Source: Gammaproteobacteria bacterium (GTDB lineage Bacteria > Pseudomonadota > Gammaproteobacteria > Methylococcales > UBA2780). Taken from it: DNA of 36,645 nucleotides. The stretch spans positions 1 to 36,645 of the forward strand of contig QNFJ01000002.1 in the NCBI GenBank assembly GCA_003646305.1. Reading direction: 5' to 3'. Of this stretch, positions 18,862-29,065 are shown one piece after another. Below the pieces are notes generated by a model that had not been told where the DNA came from, ran no database searches, and saw only the letters and a program-made list of their open reading frames with translations. Each line of letters starts with the position of its first letter. Within the stretch, counting starts at the first letter, position 1. The position numbers were made by a program, and so were the translations under genes.

Positions 18862-20367
18862 TTATTGCTCTTCAAACCACGCTTTACGCGCCGTCATAAT
18901 CAACTCTGCCGCACATGTTTTATCAATGCCTTCAGCTTCAATCAGCTCATCTACAGACTGGTCAGCCAAGTCATCTTTACTTTTTATGCCGATTGCCGCT
19001 AATGCGTAGGCAATTTCCTGAGTAACGCCCTCCATCTCGAGAAGATCATCAGCAATTTCAATTGTCTCCAACTGCTCTTCTGATGCAATAGCACTAATTA
19101 ACAAAATATCTCTGGCACGGTTACGTAGCTCTTCGACAATATCTTCATCAAACTCTTCGATTTGCAACATCTCTTGCTGGGGCACGTATACAAGCTCTTC
19201 AACTGTTGAGAAACCTTCCTGGACAAGGATGACCGCCACATCTTCGTCGACATCAAGTTTTTCCATGAACAGTTTAATCAAATCACCTGTTTCGGCTTCA
19301 CTCTTCTCTTCCGCCTGCGTTGCACTCATGACATTGAGCTCCCAGCCACTCAACTCTGTTGCCAACCTGACATTCTGCCCACCTCGTCCAATCGCTTGCG
19401 AAAGGTTGTCATCAGCGACCGCAACATCCATGCTGTGTTTTTCCTCATCAACAACAATTGATACCACTTCTGCTGGTGACATCGCGTTAATCACAAACTG
19501 GGCATCGTTATCATCCCAAAGAATAATATCAACACGCTCACCGGCCAACTCATTGGAGACAGCCTGAACCCGAGAGCCCCTCATACCTACACAGGCACCA
19601 ATTGGGTCAAGTCGCGGGTCATTACTTTTTACCGCAATTTTTGCCCTGGCACCTGGATCCCGAGCGGCACCTTTAATCTCAATCAGCTCTTCACCCACCT
19701 CCGGCACCTCTAGCTTGAATAGTGCGACCAAAAGTTCAGGTGCTGTGCGACTTACAAACAGCTGCGGCCCTCTCTGCTCAGACCTCACCTCTTTCAAGTA
19801 GCCACGTATTCGATCACCCGTTCTGACCGGTTCCCGAGCAATCATCTCTTCTCTGGGGATAAACGCCTCAGCCATTCCGCCAAGATCAAGGTAAACATTC
19901 CCCTTCTCAACTCGCTTAACAATACCTGTTATAAGCTCACCAACACGACCCTGATAAGCCTCAACAACTTTTTTACGCTCAGCTTCGCGCACCTTCTGGA
20001 CAATAACCTGCTTGGCCGCCTGAGCAGATATGCGACCAAAGGTTACAGATTCCATCGGCTCTTCAATATAACCACCCAACTCGATGTCTGACTGTTTCTT
20101 TTGCGCCTCTTCCAGTAAAATCTCCCGCTCGGGGCTTTCCATTCCCCCTTCAAATTCAGCATCAGCCTCGACCACCAACCATTTTCTAAAGGTTTCGTAC
20201 TCACCACTAATACGATCAATCGCCACACGAGCAGCAATGTCTCCACCATGCTTCTTGGTCGTTGCCATTTCAAGGCCCGCCTCTACTGCCTCAAAAACAA
20301 CCTCTTTGGCGATATCTTTTTCATTCGAAAATGCTTCGACTACAAGTAAAATTTCTTTGTTCGTCAT
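18862..20367 (-). CDS. nusA: Transcription termination/antitermination factor NusA
   Basis: N-terminal RNAP-binding domain, S1 ([21 protein letters not shown]), two KH domains ([13 protein letters not shown]; [12 protein letters not shown]) and acidic C-terminal repeats. 501 aa. Confidence 0.96.
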   Translation of the reverse strand: MTNKEILLVVEAFSNEKDIAKEVVFEAVEAGLEMATTKKHGGDIAARVAIDRISGEYETFRKWLVVEADAEFEGGMESPEREILLEEAQKKQSDIELGGYIEEPMESVTFGRISAQAAKQVIVQKVREAERKKVVEAYQGRVGELITGIVKRVEKGNVYLDLGGMAEAFIPREEMIAREPVRTGDRIRGYLKEVRSEQRGPQLFVSRTAPELLVALFKLEVPEVGEELIEIKGAARDPGARAKIAVKSNDPRLDPIGACVGMRGSRVQAVSNELAGERVDIILWDDNDAQFVINAMSPAEVVSIVVDEEKHSMDVAVADDNLSQAIGRGGQNVRLATELSGWELNVMSATQAEEKSEAETGDLIKLFMEKLDVDEDVAVILVQEGFSTVEELVYVPQQEMLQIEEFDEDIVEELRNRARDILLISAIASEEQLETIEIADDLLEMEGVTQEIAYALAAIGIKSKDDLADQSVDELIEAEGIDKTCAAELIMTARKAWFEEQ

Positions 20368-20376
20368 CTCGTAACC

Positions 20377-20844
20377 TTATTTTTTAAAACTGGTTTCTGG
20401 CGTCAGGTGCGCCTTCACAATCATCTGGAATGGGATATTGAAAACTTCACCATCCATATTTACAACAACCTTATCCTCTTCGACCCCCAGTAACATGCCT
20501 TTTACATTCCGCCGCTCTTGAAGCGGAAAACTCAATTTAATAGCAACCAACTGTTCTTTAAATCGTTCAAAGTGCTCCAATGTATATAGTGGGCGCTCTA
20601 ACCCAGGAGAAGAGACTTCGAGCTGGTAATTCCCTGGTATAGGATCTTCCACATCGAACAGACTGCTCAGTTGCCGGCTCACCGCAGCACAATCATCCAC
20701 ATCAATCCCTTTTTCGATGTCGATAAAAATCCTGAGCACCCCCTGTCCTGGCCTGCCGGAAAAATCGGCGCCTACAAATTCAAATCCAAGCCCTTCTACC
20801 ACCGGCTGTATAAGTTTTAGTAAATTCTCTGGTGCCTGCCGCAT
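20377..20844 (-). CDS. rimP: Ribosome maturation factor RimP
   Basis: L..P.VE.LGFE.VG..F......LRIFID...GI.VDDCA.VSRQ.S..LDVEDPI...Y.LEVSSPGL.RPL pattern. Sits directly upstream of nusA. Confidence 0.9.
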   Translation of the reverse strand: MRQAPENLLKLIQPVVEGLGFEFVGADFSGRPGQGVLRIFIDIEKGIDVDDCAAVSRQLSSLFDVEDPIPGNYQLEVSSPGLERPLYTLEHFERFKEQLVAIKLSFPLQERRNVKGMLLGVEEDKVVVNMDGEVFNIPFQMIVKAHLTPETSFKK

Positions 20845-20859
20845 CGTCCTATTTTACAA

Positions 20860-20883
20860 ACAAAAAATGGGCCAATGGCCCAT
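20860..20883 (-). terminator. Terminator/attenuator hairpin just upstream of the rimP Shine-Dalgarno
   Basis: The minus strand reads ATGGGCC-ATT-GGCCCAT (20883-20867) followed by TTTTTGTTTG. It ends about 15 nt before the rimP ATG. Confidence 0.5.
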
Positions 20884-20935
20884 CCTGATTACACTATATC
20901 TACCGAGCCAACTCAACTCATCTAAAACTGGTTGA

Positions 20936-20964
20936 TACAAAAAGACCCCTATACAGGGGTCTTT
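20936..20964 (-). terminator. Rho-independent terminator immediately after tRNA-fMet
   Basis: Perfect 10-bp stem AAAGACCCCT (20941-20950) with AGGGGTCTTT (20955-20964) and a 4-nt loop. On the minus strand it is followed by TTTTGTATC. Confidence 0.65.
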
Positions 20965-20980
20965 TCTTTACCAAATCCAT

Positions 20981-21057
<77 letters not shown>

Positions 21058-21069
21058 CCTGATCCGAAC

Positions 21070-21099
21070 AGTATACCCAAAAGAGGCCACTGCTGGCAA
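21070..21099 (-). promoter_or_regulatory. Candidate sigma-70 promoter for metY-rimP-nusA-infB
   Basis: The minus strand has TTGCCA (21099-21094), an 18-nt spacer, then TATACT (21075-21070), 12 nt upstream of the tRNA 5' end. Confidence 0.4.
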
Positions 21100-21140
21100 T
21101 CATAGTCTTTAATTTTCTTTCGTAAAAGTACAGTTCATCT

Positions 21141-21824
21141 TCATTTTGAAGTGAGCATCAAAGATTGTCCCTTCTGATTAAAATTTACGCGGTTAAGAAA
21201 CGACATCCCCAACAAGACCTTTTTCGGGTGATTTCCTTCCATAACGATTGCATCAACACCTCTGAGGGTAATGCTTCCTACCCGAACTTTATTGAGTTTA
21301 ACCAGGAATGCAGGGGCATATCCTGATGCGGTAGAGACCATAACTCTTCTAAGCCTCTCATCAATCACAACGCCGTAGTGCTCGGCATCACGCCTGTTCA
21401 GCGCAACCTTTGTCGCACCTGTATCCACTAAAAAATTTACTGGAAAACCATTGATACTCCCAACCGTTAAAAACATTCCGTAGGAAGATTTCCATATCAC
21501 AACCTCCTTATCCGCCGGTTTTTTCAGGAAGCCGCCAATACGGCCACCTAGTTTTAGCCTCTGCTCCTTGCCATTTACCTCTAGCACCACCTCCTGATTT
21601 GTCGATGAAAGCAGCTTAATATTCCCTGAAATAGTCTTCCCTTTTTTAACAAAGTATCGCTTTCCATCAACAACAATGACAGCTCGATCTTTAAATAAAC
21701 CAACAACCTCAATCCGTGGCTCATCAGCCATAACATTATTGGCCAGCACAAGTAATATAAGCAAAAAAATAGTTGCAACAGCTCGATTAAATTCCGAGAC
21801 CGACATCACCACAATCAAAGCCAC
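21141..21824 (-). CDS. Membrane-anchored retropepsin-like (clan AA) aspartic protease
   Basis: N-terminal hydrophobic anchor (ATIFLLILLVLANNVMA). Catalytic FLVDTGATKVAL motif, with ...LLGMSFL near the C-terminus. Overlaps the pgpA stop by 10 nt. The exact start is uncertain (M1 or M7). Confidence 0.75.
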   Translation of the reverse strand: MALIVVMSVSEFNRAVATIFLLILLVLANNVMADEPRIEVVGLFKDRAVIVVDGKRYFVKKGKTISGNIKLLSSTNQEVVLEVNGKEQRLKLGGRIGGFLKKPADKEVVIWKSSYGMFLTVGSINGFPVNFLVDTGATKVALNRRDAEHYGVVIDERLRRVMVSTASGYAPAFLVKLNKVRVGSITLRGVDAIVMEGNHPKKVLLGMSFLNRVNFNQKGQSLMLTSK

Positions 21825-22300
21825 CCTGAGCTAACTATCCAGCTTAATATCAGCGCCGAAAACAGCCCCGCCAAAAGATCATCAAGCATAATTCCCAGCC
21901 CACCGTCGATATGTTTATCCACATAGCTTATCGGCCAGGGTTTTATGATGTCGAAAAAACGAAATAGAACAAACCCTACGAAGACTGCACTCCAACTGAA
22001 AGGCACCAGAAGCATCGTTACCATAAAACCAACAATTTCATCCCAAACAATCCCTGGATGATCATGAACACCCAGCGCCTTAGCCGTTTCTCCACACAAA
22101 TAGATACCTAGTAAGGAAAATAGTACCGTCAACACAACAAAAACAGGAAAACCTCCCGCAGAAGTAAGCAGGTAAATGGGTATTCCCATAATCGTACCCA
22201 CTGTGCCCGGCGCCTTTTTTGCGAAGCCGGCTCCAAACCCAAAGGCCGCATAGTAAACGGGATTTTCAGAAATCTGTTCGTGGCTAAGTTCTTTTTTCAT
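21815..22300 (-). CDS. pgpA: Phosphatidylglycerophosphatase A
   Basis: GFGAG...KAPGT.GT, HDHP.IVWDE..G and RFFDI.KPWPI motifs. Follows thiL as in many Gammaproteobacteria. Confidence 0.9.
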   Translation of the reverse strand: MKKELSHEQISENPVYYAAFGFGAGFAKKAPGTVGTIMGIPIYLLTSAGGFPVFVVLTVLFSLLGIYLCGETAKALGVHDHPGIVWDEIVGFMVTMLLVPFSWSAVFVGFVLFRFFDIIKPWPISYVDKHIDGGLGIMLDDLLAGLFSALILSWIVSSGWL

Positions 22301-23250
22301 TAAAAATGCTGGTATCCCAGCCTCCCCAACTCAATCTTTTTCCCATTCAGATAGATCTGCAACCCTTTCCGGGCCTCTATCTCCCCAATCTCAGTGACAG
22401 TACAACTCAATTCATTCTGAATTCCTGCCAACTTGCCCAGGTGCGCTTTGGGTACCGTAAAACAAAGTTCATAGTCATCCCCCGAAGTAAGAGGAAACAC
22501 CCAATCATCGTGACATTTGACATAAATCTTAACCGAAGAAGAAAGCGGAAGCTTCTCCCATTGAATTGATGCGCCGACTCCACTTTTATTGAGGATATGA
22601 CCTAAATCTGCAGCAAGGCCATCCGAAACGTCAATGCAGGACGAAGCAACACCCTCCAGGCAACGCCCTGCCTGCACGCGAGGAACAGGTTTCAAATAGC
22701 GCTCGAGTACTGCCAGATCCGCTGGAACTACCTTCTTTGCCTCTTGCAGGCCAAGGCCAGCATCCCCTATAAAACCGGTCACAAATATTTTATCACCCAC
22801 TTTCGCGCCTGATCGAAGCAGCCCTTTCCCTTTTTCCACTAAACCAAGAACCGTAACAGACAACGACAATGGTCCACGTGTCGTATCACCACCCACCAAC
22901 TCAATTGAATAACGATCTGCCAGAGAGAGAAAACTGCTAGAAAATGCCTCAAGCCAGTTTTCATCTGTGTTGGGCAGCGTAAGAGAAAGGAAGACCCACT
23001 TTGGTTCAGCTCCCATTGCCGCCAAATCACTCAAATTAACCGCTAGAGCTTTATGCCCTAATGATCCGGGGTCCGTGCGAGGTAGAAAGTGCACGCCTTC
23101 AACCAACGTATCGGTCGAAACAACCAGTTCAGACTGACTGCTTAAAGAAAGAATCGCCCCATCATCGCCGATCCCGATTCGAGTCGCCCCGTTGCCCATT
23201 TTTTGTCGGCAAAAAAAACGCTCTATGAGATTGAATTCAGAAAGAGCCAT
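22300..23250 (-). CDS. thiL: Thiamine-monophosphate kinase
   Basis: LSEFNLIERFF, GIGDDGAIL, STDTLVEGVHF, LAVNLSDLAAMGA, GGDTTRGP and SGDDYEL motifs. Confidence 0.92.
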   Translation of the reverse strand: MALSEFNLIERFFCRQKMGNGATRIGIGDDGAILSLSSQSELVVSTDTLVEGVHFLPRTDPGSLGHKALAVNLSDLAAMGAEPKWVFLSLTLPNTDENWLEAFSSSFLSLADRYSIELVGGDTTRGPLSLSVTVLGLVEKGKGLLRSGAKVGDKIFVTGFIGDAGLGLQEAKKVVPADLAVLERYLKPVPRVQAGRCLEGVASSCIDVSDGLAADLGHILNKSGVGASIQWEKLPLSSSVKIYVKCHDDWVFPLTSGDDYELCFTVPKAHLGKLAGIQNELSCTVTEIGEIEARKGLQIYLNGKKIELGRLGYQHF

Positions 23251-23280
23251 AGCACATCAAAGTAACGACGATGGGTGCTT

Positions 23281-23715
23281 CTAACCTGACCGGGGGATCG
23301 ACCGTTCCGTCCCTCGCTGTTCACAGGAAATCTTATCGAGCACACCATTCACGTACTTATGACTTTGATCTGCACCAAAACGCTTTGCCAAATTGATCCC
23401 TTCATTTAAGACAACACGATAAGGAATTTCTGGCTTAAATAAAAGTTCGTACGCGCCAATCCGTAAAATAGCCCTCTCTACGGAGTCGATCTCATTAATG
23501 GGCCGATCAATAAAGCCACCCATCGCTTTATCCAACGCATCCAACTCTTTTGGAATACCGTGCAGCAGTTCTCCAAAATAGCGCTTAGCGCTGCCTTTTA
23601 ACTTTGCTGAGATTAAAAATTGCGCCTCGATCTCTGCGAGGTTGTCACCGGCCATCTGCCACTGATAAAGCGCTTGCACCGCACAACGCCTTGCTTCTGT
23701 TTTTGGCTGGCTCAT
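23281..23715 (-). CDS. nusB: Transcription antitermination factor NusB
   Basis: [34 protein letters not shown] and FVNGVLDK pattern. Confidence 0.93.
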   Translation of the reverse strand: MSQPKTEARRCAVQALYQWQMAGDNLAEIEAQFLISAKLKGSAKRYFGELLHGIPKELDALDKAMGGFIDRPINEIDSVERAILRIGAYELLFKPEIPYRVVLNEGINLAKRFGADQSHKYVNGVLDKISCEQRGTERSIPRSG

Positions 23716-24191
23716 TCAGCGCCAAGCTCCTTAAGAAGGCTGACCATTTCAATCGCTGAAAGTGCTGCTTCGGCTCCTTTATTACCTGCTTTCGTGCCCG
23801 CCCGCTCAATAGCTTGCTCGATACTATCTACAGTCAAAACACCAAAACTGACAGGAATATCCTGCTGCAGGGAGACCGTTGCCAGCCCTTTTGTGCACTC
23901 GCCCGCTACGTGCTCAAAATGTGGTGTGCCGCCACGAATCACTGCACCCAAAGCGATAATTGCATCATATTTGCCACTTGCAGCAACTCGCTGAGCGACC
24001 AACGGCAGTTCGAAGGCACCGGGCACTCGAACAATCTCAATAGAATTACGACTACAACCATGCCTTACCAGAGTATCAATAGCACCGCTCAATAGCTGCT
24101 CAACAATAAAGCTGTTGAACCGGGCCGTTAGCAGACAATAGCGTGCATCTGCACTGTTTAGTTGACCTTCAAAAGTTGTTAGTTCAGACAT
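23712..24191 (-). CDS. ribH: 6,7-dimethyl-8-ribityllumazine synthase
   Basis: ARFN.FI...LL.GA...[30 protein letters not shown] and VLT pattern. ATGA overlap with nusB. Confidence 0.93.
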   Translation of the reverse strand: MSELTTFEGQLNSADARYCLLTARFNSFIVEQLLSGAIDTLVRHGCSRNSIEIVRVPGAFELPLVAQRVAASGKYDAIIALGAVIRGGTPHFEHVAGECTKGLATVSLQQDIPVSFGVLTVDSIEQAIERAGTKAGNKGAEAALSAIEMVSLLKELGAE

Positions 24192-24214
24192 ATAAGCTCT
24201 CTATTTAATAAATT

Positions 24215-25330
24215 CTAACCATTATCGACACATTCAACGACTTCCAGGTCATAACCTGAAAGCCCTGGGTATTTCTTTGGCGCACCTAAAACCCGGAGCT
24301 TATGAACACCCAGGTCAGATAAAATCTGCGCACCCGCGCCCGTCGTTCTCCAGTCTTCACCCGAATCTTTCTCCTGCTTCAACACCTCAATGCCATGATC
24401 TTCCATCTGGTAGCCATGAATACGCTCTACTAGGGACTTGGTATCTTCTTCATCACGAATAACGACCAGAACACCTCGCCCCTCTTCTGCAATTCTCTTC
24501 ATCGCACTGCGCAGTGGCAAACCACTCTCGCTCCGTTTCGCCTCAAAGAGATCACTGAGTAAATTGCGCGCGTGGACACGCACTAAAACAGGCTCATCAC
24601 CCGCCACTTCCCCCATCACCAGTGCGAGATGTAGTTTGTTATCGATCTGATCTTGGTAAGCATAAAGACGGAAGTCACCATGCTCGGTTGGAAAGTTACA
24701 CTCACTAATGCGTTCGAGTGTTTTCTCATTACGAATTCGATATTCGATCAAATCAGCGATTGTGCCCATTTTAAGATTGTGTTCTTCCGCAAACAGCTCA
24801 AGATCTGGACGCCTCGCCATTGTTCCATCTTCATTAAGAATTTCAACAATCACCGCTGCCGGCTCATCACCCGCTAATCGCGCCAAATCACAGCCAGCTT
24901 CCGTATGGCCTGCTCGACTTAAAACTCCACCTGGCTGAGCCATAAGTGGAAAAATATGGCCCGGCTGCACAAGATCTTCCGGCTTTGCCCTGTCTGCGAC
25001 GGCTGCCAGAACTGTTTTTGCCCTATCGGTTGCGGAAATGCCTGTTGTTACCCCTTCTGCCGCCTCGATTGAAACGGTGAAATTGGTTGAATGTGCAGAC
25101 TGATTTTCATTAACCATTAATGGCAAACGCAACTGCTGACAGCGTTCACGCGTTAATGTTAGACAGATCAAACCCCGCCCATAACGTGCCATAAAATTAA
25201 TATCTTCCGAGCGAGTATGGATAGCGGACATCAATAAGTCTCCCTCATTTTCACGATCCTCATCATCCATAATGATGACCATGTGCCCTTTCTGTAGCTC
25301 TTCAATTATCTCTTCTGTTGTATTCATCAA
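24215..25330 (-). CDS. ribB: 3,4-dihydroxy-2-butanone-4-phosphate synthase fused to a degenerate GTP cyclohydrolase II-like domain (RibBX type)
   Basis: The N-terminal half has RibB motifs ([51 protein letters not shown]). The C-terminal half aligns to RibA, but HSEC / RCDCG read HARN / RSESG, so all three recalled zinc-ligand Cys are absent. Confidence 0.85.
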   Translation of the reverse strand: MMNTTEEIIEELQKGHMVIIMDDEDRENEGDLLMSAIHTRSEDINFMARYGRGLICLTLTRERCQQLRLPLMVNENQSAHSTNFTVSIEAAEGVTTGISATDRAKTVLAAVADRAKPEDLVQPGHIFPLMAQPGGVLSRAGHTEAGCDLARLAGDEPAAVIVEILNEDGTMARRPDLELFAEEHNLKMGTIADLIEYRIRNEKTLERISECNFPTEHGDFRLYAYQDQIDNKLHLALVMGEVAGDEPVLVRVHARNLLSDLFEAKRSESGLPLRSAMKRIAEEGRGVLVVIRDEEDTKSLVERIHGYQMEDHGIEVLKQEKDSGEDWRTTGAGAQILSDLGVHKLRVLGAPKKYPGLSGYDLEVVECVDNG

Positions 25331-25338
25331 CTTTTCAT

Positions 25339-25995
25339 TTAACCTATAAAACCACTTTTTTGTAGTAAATCTAATGTCAGCCCAGATTCTGGTTCTGCCG
25401 CTTTATCACCCAGAACAAGCCGCTCAAGATAGCGTGCAATCACATCAACTTCCAGGTTCACCTCACCACCAACATTCAATTGCCCTAACGTTGTCTCAAC
25501 AAGCGTGTGCGGAACAATGTTCAGCTCAAACTGCGCCCCACTAACGTTGTTAACCGTCAGACTAATTCCATTGAGGCAGATTGAGCCCTTTACAGCAATA
25601 TAACGCGCCAGTTCCACAGGTGCCTCGATGGTAAAACGAATCGAGCGGCCATCTTCTGTTCGATTCACAACTCGACCCACACCATCCACGTGCCCACTCA
25701 CAATATGTCCGCCTAAGCGAGTTGTTGCGGTGAGAGCCAATTCTAAATTAACCGGTTCTCCCGGGCTAGCATTCTTCAGGATTGTATGACTCAATGTCTC
25801 ATTAGAAACATCCGCACAAAAGAAACCTTCGCCCAGCTCAATCGCCGTTAGGCAGACACCATTCACGGCGATACTATCCCCGAGCACTGCATCAGCAAGC
25901 GGTAATTTTCCTGTCGCTATTTTCAACCGGCAATCACCACCCTTTGGCTGAACGGATTCTATTTTTCCAATTGCCTGAATAATGCCTGTAAACAT
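25339..25995 (-). CDS. ribE: Riboflavin synthase (alpha chain)
   Basis: MFTGIIQAIGKI start and duplicated lumazine-binding repeats (GDSIAVNGVCLT / GSICLNGISLTV). Confidence 0.93.
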   Translation of the reverse strand: MFTGIIQAIGKIESVQPKGGDCRLKIATGKLPLADAVLGDSIAVNGVCLTAIELGEGFFCADVSNETLSHTILKNASPGEPVNLELALTATTRLGGHIVSGHVDGVGRVVNRTEDGRSIRFTIEAPVELARYIAVKGSICLNGISLTVNNVSGAQFELNIVPHTLVETTLGQLNVGGEVNLEVDVIARYLERLVLGDKAAEPESGLTLDLLQKSGFIG

Positions 25996-26133
25996 TTAAC
26001 ACCTTAAATATATTTCCACCACGAAGGGCACAAAGAACACGAAGTTTTAGCGAAAAAATTCGACACGAGCAATCTGCTAATTACACCTTCATATTCGCTT
26101 TCTTTACACACCGGGCGCAAGCGGTAAGTTAGG

Positions 26134-27261
26134 CTACCGAAAAGTCAGCCGCAAATCACCACCAACCATTCTCGTCTCTTTTAACTTCAGTTTAAATCGA
26201 TCGCCCATTGCCTCCAGCCCTGGCAGATCAAAAAGCCCCCTGGCTGAAGACCCCATCACACAAGGCGCCATGTAGACGATCCATTCATCGACCAGTCCTG
26301 CCTTTAAAAGCGCACCATTCAAAACTGCTCCCGCCTCAACCATCACCTCATTCAAGCCGTAAGAGGCAAGCATCTCAAATGATTCTTCAAGATCAATATG
26401 CCCTTCCTTTTCGCTCACAACAACCACTCTAAACCCTGCAGCCTCTAACAATTTATGCCGCTTCAAGTCCTTTGAAATAGTCAGCAGTATATTATCGCCT
26501 TCCAACTGCGCCATTGCAGCCTGCGGGCTCATTTGCAATCTGCTATCAACAATTACACGCCACGGCTGGCTGACCTCTATTTCACCCTCAAGGCGAGCTG
26601 TCAGAGAAGGATCATCTACTAACACCGTCTGAACACCCGTAAACATTGCCGAACTTCTCGCTCTTAAGCGATGAACATCCTTTCGTGCATCGGCTCCGGT
26701 AATCCATTTGCTTTCACCCGAAGCCATTGCCGTTCTGCCGTCTAAACTCATCGCCAACTTGCTTCTAATATACGGCAAACCCACTCGCATTCGTTTACAA
26801 AAGCCGGGGTTAAGCATTTCGGCTTCTTGTTCTAATAGGCCACAGCAGACTTCGACATCTGCCTCTTTCAGGCGCCTCATCCCATTCCCTGAGACCTGCG
26901 GATTAGGGTCTTGCATGGCAATCACCACTCTGGCCACTTTTCCCTTAATCAAAGCATCTGCACAGGGTGGTGTTTTACCATGATGACTACAGGGCTCTAA
27001 CGTCACATAAACCGTTGCACCAATCGAACGTTTACCCGCCTGATTGAGCGCATTGATTTCCGCATGCGCCTCGCCCGCTCGCTGGTGCCAACCTTCACCT
27101 ACAATCACACCTTCTTTAACCACGACACATCCAACACGCGGGTTAGGATCAGTTGTATAAAGCCCTTTTTCGGCAAGGCGCAGTGCTCGCACCATAAATT
27201 GAGCATCTTCTTTTAAGAAGGGGCTACTCACCAGTTGGCTCTGCCTCTTTAAGCCCTTCAA
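26134..27261 (-). CDS. ribD: Bifunctional diaminohydroxyphosphoribosylaminopyrimidine deaminase / 5-amino-6-(5-phosphoribosylamino)uracil reductase
   Basis: Deaminase zinc motifs HAEINAL and [14 protein letters not shown]. Reductase half has [16 protein letters not shown]. Start uncertain: the listed ATG at 27261 overlaps nrdR by 38 nt. An internal ATG at 27195 (MVRALRLA) matches the recalled E. coli N-terminus about as well. Confidence 0.88.
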   Translation of the reverse strand: MKGLKRQSQLVSSPFLKEDAQFMVRALRLAEKGLYTTDPNPRVGCVVVKEGVIVGEGWHQRAGEAHAEINALNQAGKRSIGATVYVTLEPCSHHGKTPPCADALIKGKVARVVIAMQDPNPQVSGNGMRRLKEADVEVCCGLLEQEAEMLNPGFCKRMRVGLPYIRSKLAMSLDGRTAMASGESKWITGADARKDVHRLRARSSAMFTGVQTVLVDDPSLTARLEGEIEVSQPWRVIVDSRLQMSPQAAMAQLEGDNILLTISKDLKRHKLLEAAGFRVVVVSEKEGHIDLEESFEMLASYGLNEVMVEAGAVLNGALLKAGLVDEWIVYMAPCVMGSSARGLFDLPGLEAMGDRFKLKLKETRMVGGDLRLTFR

Positions 27262-27691
27262 TCACATCATTAAATTCTTCAACATCCTGGAAGCTTCGAT
27301 AAACCGAGGCAAAACGAACATAGGCCACATGATCCAGATTACGCAGCTCACACATCACCGCTTCCCCAATTTCACGCGAGGTAACTTCTCGCTCACCGCG
27401 CGCCATTATTTTCTTTCTGATCTGATTAATTGCTGTTTCAATTTTATCGATCACAACTGGCCGCCTTTCCAGAGCCCGCAGAAAACCGGCACGCAATTTC
27501 TCTTCTTTAAATGGCTCACGATTACCGTCACTTTTCACCACACGCGGCATATTAAATTCAACCGTTTCATGTGTTGTAAAACGCTCTTTGCACTGAAGGC
27601 ATTCGCGTCGCCTACGCACCTGGCTGCCATCATTCGAAAGACGCGAGTCAATGACCCGCGTCTCCTGTGCACCGCAAAAGGGGCAAAACAT
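27224..27691 (-). CDS. nrdR: Transcriptional repressor NrdR
   Basis: Zinc ribbon MFCPFCG...[16 protein letters not shown] followed by an ATP-cone. Confidence 0.94.
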   Translation of the reverse strand: MFCPFCGAQETRVIDSRLSNDGSQVRRRRECLQCKERFTTHETVEFNMPRVVKSDGNREPFKEEKLRAGFLRALERRPVVIDKIETAINQIRKKIMARGEREVTSREIGEAVMCELRNLDHVAYVRFASVYRSFQDVEEFNDVIEGLKEAEPTGE

Positions 27692-27693
27692 AG

Positions 27694-28950
27694 TTAGTCG
27701 CCGTAGACCGGTAATTTACGGCAAACCGCAATCACTTTATCTTTAACAGAGGCTATTGCTTCCTTGTTTTCAACATCATCCATAATGTCGCACATCCAGC
27801 CTGCCAATACCTGACACTCTTCTACGCCAAAACCACGCGTTGTAACCGCTGGGGTTCCAACACGAATACCACTCGTCACGAAAGGCGACTGAGGGTCATT
27901 CGGAACAGAGTTTTTATTGATTGTGATAAACGCCTCACCCAAGGCCGCATCCGCCTGCTTGCCTGTGATACCTTTTGAAATCAGGTCAACAAGGAACAGG
28001 TGATTATCCGTCCCACCTGAAACAATGTTATAGCCTCGGCTAATGAAAACTGCGGCCATCGCCCTAGCGTTATCAACAACAGCCTGTTGATACAATTTAA
28101 AGTGAGGTTGTAACGCCTCTTTGAAGGCAACCGCTTTGGCTGCAATCACATGCATCAAGGGTCCACCTTGTGTGCCAGGAAAAACCATTGAGTTCAACTT
28201 CTTCTCAATATCTGCATTGGATTTAGCAAGAATTAAACCGCCACGTGGGCCACGTAATGTCTTATGTGTGGTGGTGGTTGTAATATCCGCAATCTGTACG
28301 GGGTTTGGATAAACACCCGTCGCCACTAAACCGGCAACATGCGCCATATCAACAAACAGCAAAGCCCCAACGCTATCCGCAATATCTCTAAAACGCTGCC
28401 AGTCAACAACCCGCGAGTAGGCAGAAAACCCGGCTACAATCATTTTTGGCCGATGCTCTTTTGCAAGCGCTTCAACCTGCTCATAATCAATCTCGCCTGT
28501 CTCTGCATCCAAACCGTACTGAATCGCGTTGAACAGCTTTCCAGAAAAGTTAACCTTTGACCCGTGTGTCAAATGGCCACCATCAGAAAGGCTCATACCC
28601 AAAATAGTGTCACCTGCCTTTAATAAGGCAAAATAGACTGCCGCATTAGCCTGCGAACCCGAGTGAGGCTGAACATTTGCATAGTCAGCACCAAATAATT
28701 CTTTAGCACGATCAATAGCGAGCGCTTCAGCCTTATCAACGTATTCACAACCACCGTAGTAGCGTTTGCCCGGATAACCTTCTGCGTATTTGTTGGTTAG
28801 CTGCGAACCCTGCGCCTGCATAACACGTGGGCTTGCATAGTTTTCTGACGCAATCAGCTCTATATGATCTTCCTGACGTTGATTTTCATCCTGGATTGCC
28901 TGCCACAGTTCATCATCGAAACCGGCAATTTCCATACCTTTGCTATACAT
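27694..28950 (-). CDS. glyA: Serine hydroxymethyltransferase
   Basis: [20 protein letters not shown] and [14 protein letters not shown] (PLP-lysine motif). 418 aa. Confidence 0.96.
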   Translation of the reverse strand: MYSKGMEIAGFDDELWQAIQDENQRQEDHIELIASENYASPRVMQAQGSQLTNKYAEGYPGKRYYGGCEYVDKAEALAIDRAKELFGADYANVQPHSGSQANAAVYFALLKAGDTILGMSLSDGGHLTHGSKVNFSGKLFNAIQYGLDAETGEIDYEQVEALAKEHRPKMIVAGFSAYSRVVDWQRFRDIADSVGALLFVDMAHVAGLVATGVYPNPVQIADITTTTTHKTLRGPRGGLILAKSNADIEKKLNSMVFPGTQGGPLMHVIAAKAVAFKEALQPHFKLYQQAVVDNARAMAAVFISRGYNIVSGGTDNHLFLVDLISKGITGKQADAALGEAFITINKNSVPNDPQSPFVTSGIRVGTPAVTTRGFGVEECQVLAGWMCDIMDDVENKEAIASVKDKVIAVCRKLPVYGD

Positions 28951-28988
28951 AGAACACCCTGAAAAGATTATTTTAGAGAAAGCCTTTC

Positions 28989-29017
28989 ATTATACCGCAT
29001 TAGACCGACCAGCATAA
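28989..29017 (-). promoter_or_regulatory. Candidate glyA promoter
   Basis: The minus strand has TTATGC (29017-29012), a 17-nt spacer, then TATAAT (28994-28989), about 40 nt upstream of the glyA ATG. Confidence 0.35.
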
Positions 29018-29040
29018 AAAAGCCGCGCATTTGCGCGGCT
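29014..29040 (-). terminator. Rho-independent terminator after the PEP-CTERM gene
   Basis: AGCCGCGC (29021-29028) pairs with GCGCGGCT (29033-29040) around a 4-nt loop. On the minus strand it is followed by TTTTT. Confidence 0.75.
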
Positions 29041-29065
29041 AACAACCAAGGAAAATGAACATCAG

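Noticed and set aside
25996-26133. 138-bp gap between ribD and ribE, checked for an FMN (RFN) riboswitch
   Set aside because: Reading the minus strand, I could not find the recalled conserved RFN core segments (GGTGAAATTCC-like, CCGACGGT-like, AGTCCGGATG-like) or the multi-stem layout. The region probably holds only an internal promoter. It does contain a CACGAAG direct repeat (26020-26026 and 26038-26044), for which I have no interpretation.
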